A stretch of DNA of 64,000 nt from Phoronis australis (GCA_002633005.1 NMRA01000147.1:609179-673178); one strand, 5' to 3'. Shown: positions 10,798 through 24,800, numbered from the stretch's first letter. Notes: generated from the letters alone by a model not told the origin. A program made the numbers and translations.

Positions 10798-13700
10798 ATA
10801 TATTCACAAATCATCCCAGCTCCAAGCTAGTGTTCCCCATCCCCATTGGTTAGTTTCATACTTGGCGCACATTCTGATTGGTCGAATAGGTTCACTTGCA
10901 TGCTATATGTTCTTTATACTATCACATCAGAAGCTTTTAATACATCATGCTGCACACAAGTATTTTTCTCTACGAACCACCTCAGGTTTTATCTTTGTAC
11001 AATATAAACCCACACACGGCCCTGTATCCGTTCATATTGGCCGCAGATACAGTAAGGCCTACCGCCTCCTACCGGCAAAACTACTGCTAACGCCGATTGT
11101 TTTGTTTAAGTGTTTTATTAGTTCTCGTGTTGACGTTCTCTGATGATGTTCTCACGGAAATGCCACTTCACATACCATTTGACGTGCCCGCATTGAAGTC
11201 CTTAAACCATCGTGTTTGTTCGTGTTGTTAAACATTACAAGGACCATCTGGATAGCCCAGTCCAAAATAACGAAAATCTGTTCGAGGAACTTTGTTTTCA
11301 TAAAGAACAGTACTTGTGGAAATGGCATGAAGCATTGTTTAACATGAATTCGGTGGTACATGAATAGTGCAAGTTTGTTCGGACATAGAAGTTTTCTGAT
11401 TATTCACGGAGTTATAGCTTTTCACGCAATGAATACATGCGTGCACCCAGCCTACGAGGGCTCGAATTTTTCAGTATTTTGGACCATATACTGAAAAAAC
11501 GGGGACTAAAAAAAGGGGAATACGTTCAGACCTATTTATTGTGCATTCGCATCGAATTCCTGTGGCCTTTTAAATGTCTCGTTTTCTCGGACATTTTGTT
11601 TCTCTGAGGCGGACCTTTTTGCCTACTTCACTAAATCGTTGGCTCCCCTCGAGGCAGCCCCACCCCGGGTGCGGGCATGCAATATAATATAAAACCTAAT
11701 TAAATCTTAAGTTGATTGCGTCGAGGGCTAAGCTCCACCAAGCTGGCCGAGAATGGACTAATTAGGTCTAGTGGAAACGGTACTGACTGGCATCGTGAGC
11801 GACTAAAAGACACAAGCTCGTAATCTCTTATGAGGAGTATAAGTCGACGTGCTTGATGATCGGCGACCATTCAGCTTCTTTATCCTACAGTTATAGTTTC
11901 CCTTGATCCCTTAATCGCGTGCTGCCTATTCTGCATACACGTGTTTCTTTTTCTTCTCAAAAGATTGCAAAATTTTAATGAACTGATGTACAAGTTCGCA
12001 TGTTTGTTACCAATTCCTGTAAGACCAGGGGCCACGGGGTCGTTAACCCAGCAGCACTGATTGACGGCTTACTGTTGACTCACCAGTAGGTCAAAACATA
12101 CACCGTTTACGTCGGTCACTGAGTCAATTTGAATTTGTTGAGCCTGTGGTCGTTAATAATGTTTTATTATGAGGTTCAAAAACACTTATTCTAATTGAAT
12201 GTCTGTCGCGTCATTCAATCCCTTTTTTATTTTTTGGCCAAAATATAAGTAAAAATTTTAAAATCAGCGCATATGTAAGCAAATACATTGTACTAGTCGA
12301 CGTTTTGGTTTAGTTAAGTAAAAACCATTCTTAATGCAAATGTTCGTCAGTCAGGTAACATGGGAGAACGTCTACGTACAGGTACGGTATCAAACGAGGA
12401 AAGAGAGAGACCAGAGATCAAAACAGTCGGAGCTCAAATCGATCCAATATTTCTTTCTGCGTATACGCATATAGCCTCCATTATGAGGAGTGATAATAAA
12501 CAGAAACGTCGACTAATACAATATCTTTGTTTACGTATGCAATTCAACTACGGGCTGAGATCTCTCAAACCTTCACGAAACATTGTTACTGGATTCACAA
12601 GGGATCCCACGTAATAGCCCGTAAGACATAAACTTCAACCGTGAACCAAAGGCTCTAGTAGCTCTGAAGTCTTGTCCATACTACGAGTTACTCCAGAACA
12701 ACTCCCACGTATAGAGCCCAAGTTTCCCCCCCTTCAGTCTAATGTGACTACGCACCATACATCATGCGAAAAATAGCGCAGAATGTCTGGACTAAGAAAC
12801 TTGGAAGCACACAGCTGTCAATTATTTTCGTTTTTTTTGGGTGTGCAGAATGCGTGTGTACAAGATCTCTTCAAATTTGACACGTGTTGTTAAATTGACA
12901 ACCGGTAGACCTAACGGTACTTCGATATTTACCGTTTGCCTCTGTGTCTCTAGAGTTCCGTGTCGGAATTTTCATGCCAAATTTGGCAAATCCCTTTCTG
13001 TTACCGAGGCGACGTCGCCTTCCTATTTTCGAATGGTTTGACGCATCTATGCCGTGGCCATTTTTAGTAATAAACAGATACCGTTTGCGCTGCAATCATG
13101 GGCGCATTCAACACCTCCGGCGCAATACGATATTGTTACAATTATTCCGAGTCTGTTGTTTGGCCTGCGCCGGCCTCCTTATTGGCCAAACCACTCTAAG
13201 AATCATCATTAAAATTGGCATGTCTTTCTTCTGGGAAGTGCATGACTCTGATGATGGTTTTCGGACCGGACGCGACTAGCTGCTGTCAAAGATTCTGCTG
13301 TGGCGGTCTGTTGCTAATTTGATATGTGCGGTTAGACTAAAACAAAGCCATTCTATTCTCGTAAAAAAATAAATATCTCTTTAAGGATCATGTGTTATTA
13401 CGCGATAATGCAATTTAAGAAACGTGAAAGTTATATTTAGCTGATTTTCCAGGAACCTCAGTCCTACGCGCGGTGACAAACAACTTTATGTAATGAATAC
13501 GTTTGACCTCCAGTTCTTAGATAGCAATAACATTTCCAGTAGCCGAGCGTGGCGTGCTTATAGCCCCCCAGAACCTTATGGTGCGCCACCAATGCCTGTG
13601 TAGGATGAACATCTGAGTTTATTTATAGCTTTGTCACGTTTTCACCAATTGAAAACGGAACGGTAGTATTGAAAGATATCACTAAAATAGGAATATTTTG

Positions 13701-13900
13701 TAGAATACAGACCTGCATTTTCCATTAAGAAGTCAATATGAAAGTCGGTATCATTGATATCACTTGTGTCGGCCGTTAAGTTCGGTTCACAAGAAGAAAT
13801 ACAAAACAAAATATTATTTATTTTAAAAATGTGAGGGTATGTGCAAATTACATTAATGCGTTAAAATTTGTGTTCTGCAAGAATGCCTTGAAGCAGCTTA

Positions 13901-15265
13901 AGGAGAAGGCCACTCGATTTATTTCGTTTTTTACCGTTTTACCGTGTTAATCGGTCTATATCCACACCACCTCGTATACGCTCGATCTTACCTCACAGAG
14001 AGGTGTCGCATTAACCTGTGGGGAAGGTGACTACAAGACGTAGCTACGTCACAGGTTCTTCAACTGACTGTGTGCCGCAATGGTGTGTTGTATCGTTCCC
14101 GCTAGCGCGAACCATGAAGCTGCAAGGAAAGCGGGTATATCGTTTTTTCGATTTTCTAGAGAATCTGAATTGCTTCGGAAGTGGTTCAAGGCAGTAAAGA
14201 ATGAAAAGCACTCTGTTAATACCAAGTGCGAGGGCGTGAAATATCTCCGTGTCTGTGGCCGGACTTGTTCTGTTTCAAAACGAGTTATTCTCACCCTAAC
14301 CACTGTTTAATAAAACTGAAACCAAGTGTTTCGAAAGACTGTCTCAGTAGATACAATTTGTAATGCAGGGCACCCGAGGCTGTGTGAACCCATGCTAATT
14401 CAGTGTTTGCTGACAGAAAGCTGTTGTGAAACAATAACTCGATTCTATACGCTATGGTCAGACGTTAAGGAATCTTTATTTAGATATATATGCATTAGTC
14501 GAATCATTGTTTTTGTACACCTTTTGCCCTTTACTGTTCTCTGGAAGGGGAACCTGTCTTCGCGGCCTTCGACGGATATGCCAGATTTGCAATTTTGCGG
14601 CGTTTTTACTAAAACATTCACTTTCATATTATTTCTTTGGATCATTAATCTAGTCTTTTCGTGACTGAAAGTTTAATTTTCATCTTTGGCAGCCGACTAA
14701 TGGGGCTGGTTTATGTTCGTGATATCTCCAATCCGGCAGCCAGCGACGGGCCTAATCGGGTTCCGAGCCACTGGGTTACAACGAAGGTTTTGTGTGCTTA
14801 GAACTGAAAAAACCGTTAGTCTAAAATTACAACATACCGCTATGCTCTCCTGTCTGTATTTCATGGAAGAAAAATTCTAATTTATCACCGAGCAGATCCA
14901 ATCTTCCCGCGACCGACCTCGGTAAGTTGTCCTTCCGAACTTCAGTTGTACGTTCAAAATTTCTATAATTCCGTGACAGCCAAATAAAACAACTGGTTTG
15001 TTTAAAGATTCAATGTGGGTTTTGCATCGAATTCTGGGGATTTATTGGTGTAAAGCAGTGATGGCAAGCGATAATCTGACACCAATAAGCGTGTTGTGAA
15101 CTGCTGAACAAACTGCTTTAGAACCTATGACGTCATTAGTTAATTTTAGCACCTTCGTCTGCCGTCTGGTTTTGGGTAAAACTGAGAACTGAACTCGTTG
15201 ATATCGAGTGGAACTACTCCACCTAAATTGATACAAAATACGTTGTTTTTTGGTGGCATTCTCCT
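13901..15265 (+). mobile_element. Kolobok-like non-autonomous DNA transposon with a THAP-domain remnant
   Basis: Termini tta-AGGAGAAGGCCAC ... GTGGCATTCTCCT-ttaa. ORF 14080-14310 (MVCCIVPASANH...ISFFRFSRESELLRKWFKAVK...LRVCGR) is a decayed THAP zinc finger (C-x-V-P-x-C, FFRFP, W, VC-xx-HF pattern). Confidence 0.72.
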
Positions 15266-15446
15266 TTAAATGGATTGTGGAGTGTCGACGCTAGTACGTA
15301 GTGGCAATAATTCGGGTGAGTCCGGTACTAATGGAACCACGTGTTATACCGCGACCTGCCCAGTTATATAAGAACACGGTAAGCTAATTGCGACATTGTT
15401 GACTCTCAGTTACTGGATTTGCAGTTGTGTAACATTCGATGTGGAA

Positions 15447-15500
15447 ATGGCATCGAAGGACTCCAAAATTCCCTTCATACCAACGGGGCCTGGGCCTCAG
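15447..15500 (+). pseudogene. Duplicate (or allelic) first coding exon of the Hint-domain gene, MASKDSKIPFIPTGPGPQ
   Basis: ATG...CAG|gtaaga, matching 21841-21894 apart from two substitutions. The intron downstream is interrupted by the Gypsy LTR just before the position of exon 2. Confidence 0.6.
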
Positions 15501-15747
15501 GTAAGAGCTTTAATTTCTTTGGTTTTGCATGTAATCGTAGCAAAAATGCAAACCGATATCACGTTTTGTACTTGTTTAATTTGGCACTATTACGGCGTTT
15601 TCTCGTTGAGCCCAACTTGTTGGATTGTATAGCCCAACGACAACAACTGTTGGGACTAGGATGACTGCTGCAGCCAATATCTTATACACGAATGATTAAC
15701 TCCATTCTGGCATTTATGGTTGGACTGCCAGGTTCTCTTTTGTTCGA

Positions 15748-15863
15748 TCATGGGCGGCGCAGCACTGAAAAAAGTGGGGCTATAGCCCCCCCGCCAGTCC
15801 CCCTGTGGTACACCGCCCATAACCGTGGGCGCTAGAGCACTGAAAAATTGATGCGCCGCCAAT
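15748..15863. mobile_element. Short GC-rich MITE (second copy at ~22130-22247)
   Basis: catgggcggcgca ... tgcgccgccaatg inverted termini, with an internal repeated gcactgaaaaa. Confidence 0.5.
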
Positions 15864-16962
15864 GCAACTGCTCCTAATCTCGTATCTAGCCTGACTGGGC
15901 TGTGCTGTTAAAAATAAAAGTCACGTTAAGTTATAACGTATTTGAACACAAACCAATAGCATTTCTGAATTCCTCGTCAAATGCTGATCATGTTTATTTT
16001 TTCAATCACCCTACCACAACCGAAGTTATGACAATCCATTCATTCCGAACCCCAATTCGCACTGGGTTTGGTAACAAGCCTGGTAGATAATTGGCCTGCA
16101 TGATGTCATATCAGACAAAAGACTGTGCTCGGCAGTTAACAAGGGAGCTAGATGTTATATCACGCTCTCACGACCGCGCTATTTCTGGTCAAGTCACTGA
16201 ATGGGAGAACGCCCTAATGACTTAGTTGTAACCGGGTGTTTATCTCGTCGGATACTCGAATACGTTTTTGAGCATATAACACGCTAAAAATGAGTTTATT
16301 TTTTGGGATCTTCTTGAAATTAAAGGTTTTTCTTTTCTAAAGGGGTGTTCCGCAACCCTCATATGGATTATAAACTGTACAAAACGTCTATATACTGAAA
16401 AGCGCTTCGACTTCAGTTTACCACAACAAACCTAGTATTACATGTGAACAAAAATTGTTGCCAGATACGTGAAGCCCAGTCTTTCGAGTTCTAGCTGTTT
16501 GCTGAAGACGCCCGTACTGTAGACCGAGTGCCCTGGCAATTTGTTTTTTTTTTTACATTTGCCTTTGTATCTTTGGAGTTGTTCGACAGATTTTCATGAA
16601 ACTTGGAAAATAGTTTTGACAGACGATGACACCTTCCAAATTTTCGAATGAATTCAGTGTATTCTGCACCGCCGTCTAATGCCCATTTTTAATAAACACC
16701 TCTAGGGAACGCACCGCTTGCGGAGCTGTCGTTGGCGCATTTCGACGCCCGTATTGCTCTTGTAATTAGCTTTAGTATACGCCATATTAGATACCGCAGT
16801 GGCAAATTAATTAGTCGAGTTATATTACCTGATAATGATAAACACTGCTGTTCAGTCGTGGTCCCACTTTAATGTTAAGCGTTACTCCTGTTCAACCTCG
16901 GGGACAATTCGGACATGCATACAATACTTGTACACTATAACAAAACCTTTTTAGATTGGAAT

Positions 16963-17061
16963 TGTAATATTCTGATATTACGAAATACGAAGTCAGAATA
17001 TAAGACTTGCTGTGTCAAAATACTTTATTGGAACTAACTTAATTCACTACAAGGTGGTACA
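16963..17061 (-). repeat. Putative ~99-bp 3' LTR
   Basis: TGTA...TACA termini. On the minus strand it is preceded by the purine tract GAGGAGAGA (PPT) and contains AATAAA. Its left edge is exactly where duplication copy 1 stops matching copy 2. Confidence 0.62.
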
Positions 17062-19313
17062 TCTCTCCTCAACCTAGAATAATTTCTACAAGTACTCAAA
17101 CATAAACACAGTCCATATAACTTGTCCAGTAATTGTTCATTTTAGTCAGTCACAAAGTCTTGCAAATATCCTGGTTTGCGTTTAACACGTGTAGATCGTC
17201 TGACAGTAGGATGTAGTTCCTGTTGTTGAGGTTTTGTCTCTGTTGATGCAGTATCGAGAGGAGTGTTTTCAAGAAATTCACTTTCGTCATTCTCGTCCAC
17301 AACTGGTGTAAATTTCGAATTAGTATGTTTAAACGCACTGGAGTTCCTAGTAACAGTACGTTCACCATCGGTAGCACTTTTAAGTGTTAAAACATAGAAC
17401 CTTTCTTATCAACAACAAGATGAGGAGTGGCGTTAACAGAGTTGACAGTTTGTTTTGTTTCCTGTCATTTCTAATCAACACGGTGTCTCCTACTTGAACA
17501 TCGCATGATTTTACTCCAAGTTTATTATCGGCATATGATTTTATGCGATGTTTTGCTAATTCGTCATTTCCTTTTGCCTTTTCCACGACAGAGTCCCGTT
17601 TGACACTGTTAGTAATCCTGTGTAACTTCGTTTGAGGTTCACGTCTAAACAACAATCTATGTGGTGATACTCCAGTCGAGATATGCGGTGTAGCACGATA
17701 TTGTCTCAAAAATTTGTACAGTTCCTGCTTCCAGTTTTTACCTTCCGTATCTGCAGGTCTTAGACATTTCATCAGCGTTTTATTGAAGGATTCTGCTTGC
17801 GCGTTTGCTCTTGGCCAATGCGGTGTAATTTTACGATGTTTAAATCCACTGAACTCTGCAAACTGTGTGAATGCATACGAATTAAATGGACTTCCATTAT
17901 CCGATTTTACAACTTTCGGATATCCAAACACAGAGAATATTTTATCAAGCACTGGAATCACTGTATTAGCAGATGTAGATTTCACAATTTCCACGACTGG
18001 GTAACGTGAATGTTCATCAATTACTACAAATAAATAATCTCCTGACGGCAGTGGTCCACAAAAATCCACACTTAGATTTTCCCGGGGATTATCAGGCATA
18101 GACAGTGGCTCTAAAACTCGTTTTCCCGTTGTCACAACTTGACAAGCTTGTCAGTTCGTCCACATTAACGTCAGTATCAAATGACAGTGTTTTGGTTTCA
18201 AACCAATTGTTTTGGTTAGCTCAATAACTTTCATCAGAGTCGGGTCAGCTCGTGTGGCCAGTTCGATGTCCTCAATCGAAATAGATTTGGGTTTTTGTGT
18301 GTTGCAAAATAATACACATTCTTCCGCAATCTTGCTTTCGCGCGAAGTTTATTCGTTACCAGCAATAGGGTGTAGTGACATGTAATCAGCCGGGTTGGAG
18401 TCACCCGGTTTATATTTAATCGTGAACTTATATGGTTGTAGCCGTAATCCCCAGTGTTCGATTCTGAGCGGTGGTCGTTCCTTTTTCCAAATCGTTTCCA
18501 GAGGTTTATGATCCGTAATAACCTCAAAGTGATGAGCACCTCGCAAATACATATCAAAATGTTCGCATGCCCATACAATCGCTAGTGCCTCCCGTTCCGT
18601 TTGACTATAACGGGTTTCCGTTTCGGTGAGCGATCTGCTCGCATAAGTGACAACTTTGTTGTTTTGGCATGATATAGCGGAAATTCCCACTGGACTTCCA
18701 TCAACAAATATTGCAATGTTCTCGTTCGGCTTAAAATATGCCGTGACTGGGCTATCAACCAGTTTCTGTTTCAGTGTCTTAAACGCCGTTTCATGTTCGT
18801 TCGCCCAATGCCAAACAGCATCCTTCTTTGTTAGCTTACGCAGTGGTTCACTGATCGTGGCGTAGTTATCAATAAATCTCGCGCAATATGTTGTAATGCC
18901 GTGAAAACTACGCAGGCTACTTACATTTGATGGTGCTTCGGTGTCAACAATGGCTTTGACCTTCTTGGGATCTGGTGAGATTCCATCTCTACTGAAGACA
19001 AGTCCAAAAAATCGATGGACGACTTGTTAAACTCACATTTCTTTGGATTCGGTGTCAACCCATTGTCTTGCAACGCTTGGAACATATCGTAGAGAGCCTT
19101 ATCGTGGTCTTCCTGCGTCTTCCCAAACACAATTATGTCATGGACTATATTTTTCACACCGGGAATTCCTTTAATCACATTTTTGATCGTTTCTTGAAGT
19201 ATTTCAGATGCGGAACAAACGCCGAAATTTAGACGCCGGTAACGGAAAAGACCAGCATACGTACTAAACGTAGAGAACTTACATCCAACTCGAGTTGGTG
19301 ATAACCGGAACGT
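16963..19313 (-). mobile_element. Ty3/Gypsy LTR retrotransposon, decayed pol (RT-RNaseH-integrase) plus 3' LTR; 5' part lost in the gap
   Basis: Minus-strand ORF pieces in Gypsy order: RT (NIVHDIIVFG, KKCEF), RNase H (YASRSLTETETRYSQTEREALAIVWACEHF, TDHKPL), integrase (VDFCGP, IDEHSRYP, SDNGSPF, AESFN). Frameshifts and stops are present. Confidence 0.93.
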
Positions 19314-19405
19314 NNNNNNNNNNNNNNNNNNNNNNNNNNNNNNNNNNNNNNNNNNNNNNNNNNNNNNNNNNNNNNNNNNNNNNNNNNNNNNNNNNNNNNN
19401 NNNNN
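19314..19405. other. Assembly gap (92 N)
   Basis: Run of N. Confidence 1.
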
Positions 19406-20313
19406 TCTTTCAAATGGCCTGTAACAATTTTTTTCTCAGACTTACCGTTTTCGAGTTATTTGAGTTTGAAATTCTAATAAAAAACGCAAAATTTCATTTT
19501 TTTCGAAAAATTTACGGAATTAGGCTATACCATCATCTTAGATAGAACTTTGAACGGGCTTTCAGAAGATGCTTTCCATTTTTCTCTACGACGTCTACTT
19601 TTCGAGTTATTTGAGATTTTGTGATAGCGCTGCTCCTTTGTTGAGCGCTCTTGCTGCATTGAGGTTGGTTTAGCTTCTATTGAACTAGACTGCAGCCTAT
19701 TTCTTAATGATTTATGACATCTAAATTCGTCATATGAATGTTATGAAGTTCTTCATCATGGCCACCAGCATCATCATATTCGTCATCTTCGTCATCATCT
19801 CCGACGTCGTCTTTTCTTCAGTTAATTTCGCCAAGTGTCGCTGAAGACTGTAGCCTATTTCTTAGTGATTTCTGACCTCTACGTTCGTTATATGAATGAT
19901 ATCACAACTACGGTTGTCCATTATCGCCACCATCGTCGTCATAGCTGTCATCTTCGTCATCATCTCTGTCGTCGTCTTTTCTCTTCCTCTCGAACGTGTT
20001 TTTTTTGGTTAATTTCGCCAAGTTTCGCTCCTCAGAGCGCTTTCATTTATAGGTTTGTCACGTTTTCACCAATTGAGAACGGAACGGTAATATTGAAAGA
20101 TGTCAATAAAATAGGAATATTTTGTAAAATACAGACCTGCATTTTCCATTGAAGAAGTCAATATCATTGATATCAGTTGTGTCGGCCGTTAAGTTCGGTT
20201 CACAAGAAGAAATACAAAACAAAATATTATTTATTTTAAAAATATGAGGGTATGTGCAAATTACATTAATGCGTTAAAATTTGTGTTCTGCAAGAATGCC
20301 TTGAAGCAGCTTA

Positions 20314-21667
20314 AGGAGAAGGCCACTCGATTTATTTCGTTTTTTACCGTTTTACCGTGTTAATCGGTCTATATCCACATCACCTCGTATACGCTCGATC
20401 TTACCTCACAGAGAGGTGCCGCATTAACCTGTGAGGAAGGTGACTACAAGACGCAGCGACGTCACAGGTTCTTCAGCTGAGTGTGTGCCGCAATGGTGTG
20501 TTGTATCGTTCCCGCTAGGCGAATCATGAAGCTGCAAGGAAAGCGGGTATATCGTTTTTTTCGATTTTCTAGAGAATCTGAATTGCTTCGGAAGTGGTTC
20601 ACGGCAGTAAAGAATGAAAAGCACTCTGTTAATACCAATTGCGAGGGCGTGAAATATCTCCGTGTCTGTGGCCGGACTTGTTCTGTTTCAAAACAAGTTA
20701 TTCTCACCCTAACCACTGTTTAATAAAACTGAAACCAAGTGTCTCGAAAGACTATCTCAGTACACAATTTGTAATGCAGGGCACTCGAGGCTGTGTGAGC
20801 CCATGCTAATTCAATGTTTGCTGACAGAAAGCTGTTGTGAAACAATAACTCTATTCTATACGCTATGGTCAGACGTTAAGGGATCTTTATTTAGATATAT
20901 ATGCATTAGTCGAATCATTGTTTTTGTACACCTTTTTTCCCTTTACTGTTCTCTGGAAGGGGAACCTGTCTTTGCGGCCTTCGACGGGTATGCCAGATTT
21001 GCAATTTTGCGGCGTTTTTACTAAAATATTCACTTGCACATTGTTTCTTTGGATCATTAATCTAGTCTTTTCTTTAGTGAAAGTTTAATTTTCATCTTTG
21101 GCAGCCGACTAATCGGACTGGTTTATGTTCGTGATGTCTCCAATCCGGCAGCCAGAGACGGGCCTAATCGGGTTCCGAGCCACTGGGTTACAACGAAGGT
21201 TTTGTGTGTTTAGAACTGAAAAAACCGTTAGTCTAAAACTACTACATATCGCTATGCTCTCCTGTCTGTAATTCACGGAAGAAAAATTCTAATTTATCAT
21301 CGAACAGATCCAATCTTCCCGCTACCGACCTCGGTAAGTTGGCCTACCGAACTTCAGTTGTACTTTCAAAATTTCTATAATTCCGTGACAGCCAAATAAA
21401 ACAACTGGTTTGTTTAAAGATTCAGTGCGGGTTTTGCATCGAATTCTGATGATTTATTGGTGTAAAGCAATGATGACAAGCGATAATCTGACACCAATAA
21501 GCGTGTAGTGAACTGCTGAATAAACAGCTTCAGAACCTATGACGTCATTGGTTAATTTCAGCACCTTCGTCTGCCGTCTGGTGTCGGGTAAAAATGAGAA
21601 CTGATATCGAATGGAACTACTCGACCTAAATCGATACAAAATACGTTGTTTTTGGTGGCATTCTCCT
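20314..21667 (+). mobile_element. Kolobok-like THAP-remnant element (copy in duplication 2)
   Basis: Same termini as 13901-15265; the THAP remnant at ~20490-20723 is frameshifted. Confidence 0.72.
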
Positions 21668-21757
21668 TTAAATTGATTGTGGAGCGTCGACGCTACGTGG
21701 CAAAAATTCGGGTGAGTCCGGTACTAATGGAACCACGTGTTATACCGCGACCTGCCC

Positions 21758-21810
21758 AGTTATAAAAACACGGCAAACAAGTTGCGACATTGTTGACTCT
21801 CAGTTACTGC
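21758..21810 (+). promoter_or_regulatory. Possible TATA-containing core promoter of the Hint-domain gene
   Basis: TATAAAA at 21761 (TATATAA in copy 1), 80 bp upstream of the ATG, with an Inr-like TCAGTT at 21800. The spacing is not canonical. Confidence 0.3.
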
Positions 21811-21840
21811 GTTTGCAGTTGTATAACATTCAACGTGGAA

Positions 21841-24800
21841 ATGGCATCAAAGGACTCCAAAATTCCCTTCATACCAATGGGGCCTGGGCCTCAGGTAAGA
21901 GCGTTTATTTCTTTGGTTTTGCATGTAATCGTAGCAAAAATGCAAACCGATATCACGTTTTGCACTTGTCTAATTTGGCACTATTACGGCGTTTTCTCGT
22001 TGAGCCCAACTTGTTGGATTGTATAGCCAAACGACTTGGGAGGATGACCGCTGCAGCCAATATCTTATACACGAATGATTAACTCCATTCTGGCATTTCT
22101 GGCTGGAGGGCCAGTTCTCTTTTGTTCGATCATGGGCGGCGCAGCACTGAAAAAAGTGGGGGCTATAGCCCCCCCCTCAGCCCTCCTGTGGTACACCGCC
22201 CATAACCGTGGGCGCTAGAGCACTGAAAAAGTGGTGCGCCGCCAATGCAACTGCTCCTTATCTCGTATCTAGCCTGACTGTGCCGTGCTGTTGTAAATGA
22301 AAGTTAAGTTATAACGTATTTGAACACAAACAAATAGCATTTCTGAATTCCTCGTCAAATGCTGATCATGTTTAGTTTTTTAATCGCCCTACCACAACCG
22401 AAGTTATGACAATCTATTCTTTCCGAACGGCCAATTCGCACTGGGTTTGGTAACAAGCCTGGTAGATAAATTGGTCTGCATGATGTCATATCAGACAAAA
22501 GACTGTGCTCGGCAGTTAACAAGGGGGCTAGATGTTATATCACACTCTCACGACCGCTCTATGTCTGGTCAAGTTACTGAATGGTAGAACGCCCTAATGA
22601 CCTAGTTGTAATCGGGTGTTTATCTCGTCGGATACTCGAATACGTTTTCGAGCATATAACACGATAAAAATGAGCCTATTTTTTGGGATTTTCTTGAAAA
22701 GGTTTTTCTTTTCTTTTCAACCCTCATATGGATTATAAACCATACAAAACGTCTATATACTGAAAAGCGCTTCGACTTCAGTTTACCACAACAAACCTAG
22801 TATTATATGTGAACAAACCTTGGACATGGGAAGCCAAAGTCTTTCGAGTTCTAGCTGTTTGCTTAAGACGCCCGTACTGTAAACCGAGTGCCCCGGCAAT
22901 TTGTTTTTTTTTACATTTGTCTTTGTATCTTTGGAGGTTTTAGACAGATTTTCATGAATCTTGGAAAATAGTTTTGACAGACGATGACACCTTCCAATTT
23001 TCGGATGAATTCAGAGTATTCTGCACCGCCGTCTAATGCCCATTTTTAATAAACACCTCTAGGAAACGCACCGCTTGCGGAGCTGTCGTGGGCGCATTTC
23101 AACGCCCGTATTGCTCTTGTAATTAGCTTTAGTATACGCCAGATTAGATACCGCAGTGGCAAAATTAATTAGTCTAGTTATATTACCTGATAATAATAAA
23201 CACTGCTGTGCAGTCGTGGACCCACTTTATTGTTAAGCGTTGCTCCTGTTCAACCTCGGGGGACAATTCGGACATGTATACTGACAACACTTATACACTA
23301 TAACAAAACCTTATTAGATTGGAATACTGAATTTTTCAGATTTCTTCGAAGGTAGTTTGTGGCTTTCAAGGATTTCCTATGATATCTTTTGGACAAGTTG
23401 CTGCCTTCGGAAAGGAAGTAGCAGCAGAAGTGGAAAAGTAAGTGGATTCATCACCCCAAGTAATGATTTCAAAAACAATTTCAACGAACTGTGTATCCTA
23501 AGGTGCGGATAAACACTGTCTCTAACCGACTTAGTAAGTCAGTTGAGCTATTAATAGTCGCCGTTGGAATTTTCGAACCTTTTGAAGCAAGTTGTAGTTT
23601 GTTCACAGAATAAAAAACAAATAATTCCATTGAAAGTGCGCCGCGTTTTATGAAACTCTGATTAGCTGTAATTCCAGACTTAAATATTCATTAGGGCTGT
23701 GGCTGTTTACAAAACGGCAGAAGGACTGATGAACGTCGCAGACTCTTTTCGGGAGTTTCCCACCTCAGAAATTTTGAACCTTCTCGTCGACTCCATTAAA
23801 CACGGAGGTGGAGGAGTGGCCGAAACATTCTTCGGAAAATCAACCGTGAACGCTTTCTGGGGAGGACAAAACTTTACATCTGACCGTGATGAGCTGGCCG
23901 TTGCGTTGCTCTCTGACGACTTGTCAAGGGTATGTAGTTGCTGGCTGTATTTTGTATCACATGCTTTTAGCGATGGTTTTATGCAAAGATAGCTTTGAAG
24001 TCCATCCGACATATAACCCCTCACTGTAAAATATGTTAACCTTAAAATTTTTCTGTTGTACAAATCTTCAGTTTAAAAAAATGGCCGCCCAGTGACGACC
24101 AGTCTTGTTTTCCTTTTGCCAAAGTTAGAAACTTCTTTCTAGCTATGGTCATCCCATCTGGTTTCAAACTATAATGGTCCTAACAAAAAAGTTAGTCAAA
24201 GGATTTCCATCAAGGTTCCAGAATTTGAAGACTATAGAATACATGCAGAGTAACGGGTTCATTGATTTTTAATGAAATCGGTTAATTTGCTGTTTGCGCG
24301 ATAATTCATTAATATTAGAAACCTCTAGTTAGAGGCAATGTTGACGCGTTTAAGAACGTCTACGTCAACCTTGGCTGAGCTCATTGACGAGGCACTTTTT
24401 ACAAAAGACTTTGATCTGTTTGTTCAAAACTTAGAATGACAGTTTAGTCATTGTAATCACTACTGCTTAAGTTTGTATGAGTAATCATGAACAAAATTGG
24501 ACGGAACCTTTCAAACTGTCGAACTTCTCATTATTTGTCTGCGCTATCAATGAATGATGACCATAAAAAGCTACTGAGCCTTCAGCCCGGAATCTAATCT
24601 TTTTACTCGAAATCGACATTTCCGTTCTTTTTTAAAACGACATGAATTTTCCATTGATATTAAATACCCGCTTGGCTCAACTCATTGTTCAGCGAGTCCA
24701 AACAGCTCATTTTCATAATTTTTATCTTTGTGTCGCTTTTACCATATGTCTAATTGGGTGAAGATAATGGCCGGGGGTATCTGGACCTCGTCAGTCCATT

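Larger units (their letters stand above)
13621..16962 (+). repeat. Copy 1 of a ~3.3-kb direct duplication (copy 2 at 20045-23325)
   Basis: Collinear, highly similar sequence from atttatag.tttgtcacgttttcaccaattg to ttagattggaat, with scattered SNPs and indels. Confidence 0.92.
20045..23325 (+). repeat. Copy 2 of the ~3.3-kb duplication (lacks the LTR insertion; continues into the intact Hint gene)
   Basis: Collinear with 13621-16962. After ggaat it reads actgaatttttcag (exon 2 acceptor) instead of the LTR. Confidence 0.92.

Noticed and set aside
14080-14310. Host THAP-domain gene
   Set aside because: Zinc ligands are partly lost, and it sits inside TIR/TTAA-bounded repeats present three times in the window.
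19690-20030. His/Arg-rich ORF 19835-20152
   Set aside because: Low-complexity (CAT/CGT)n sequence within a local duplication.
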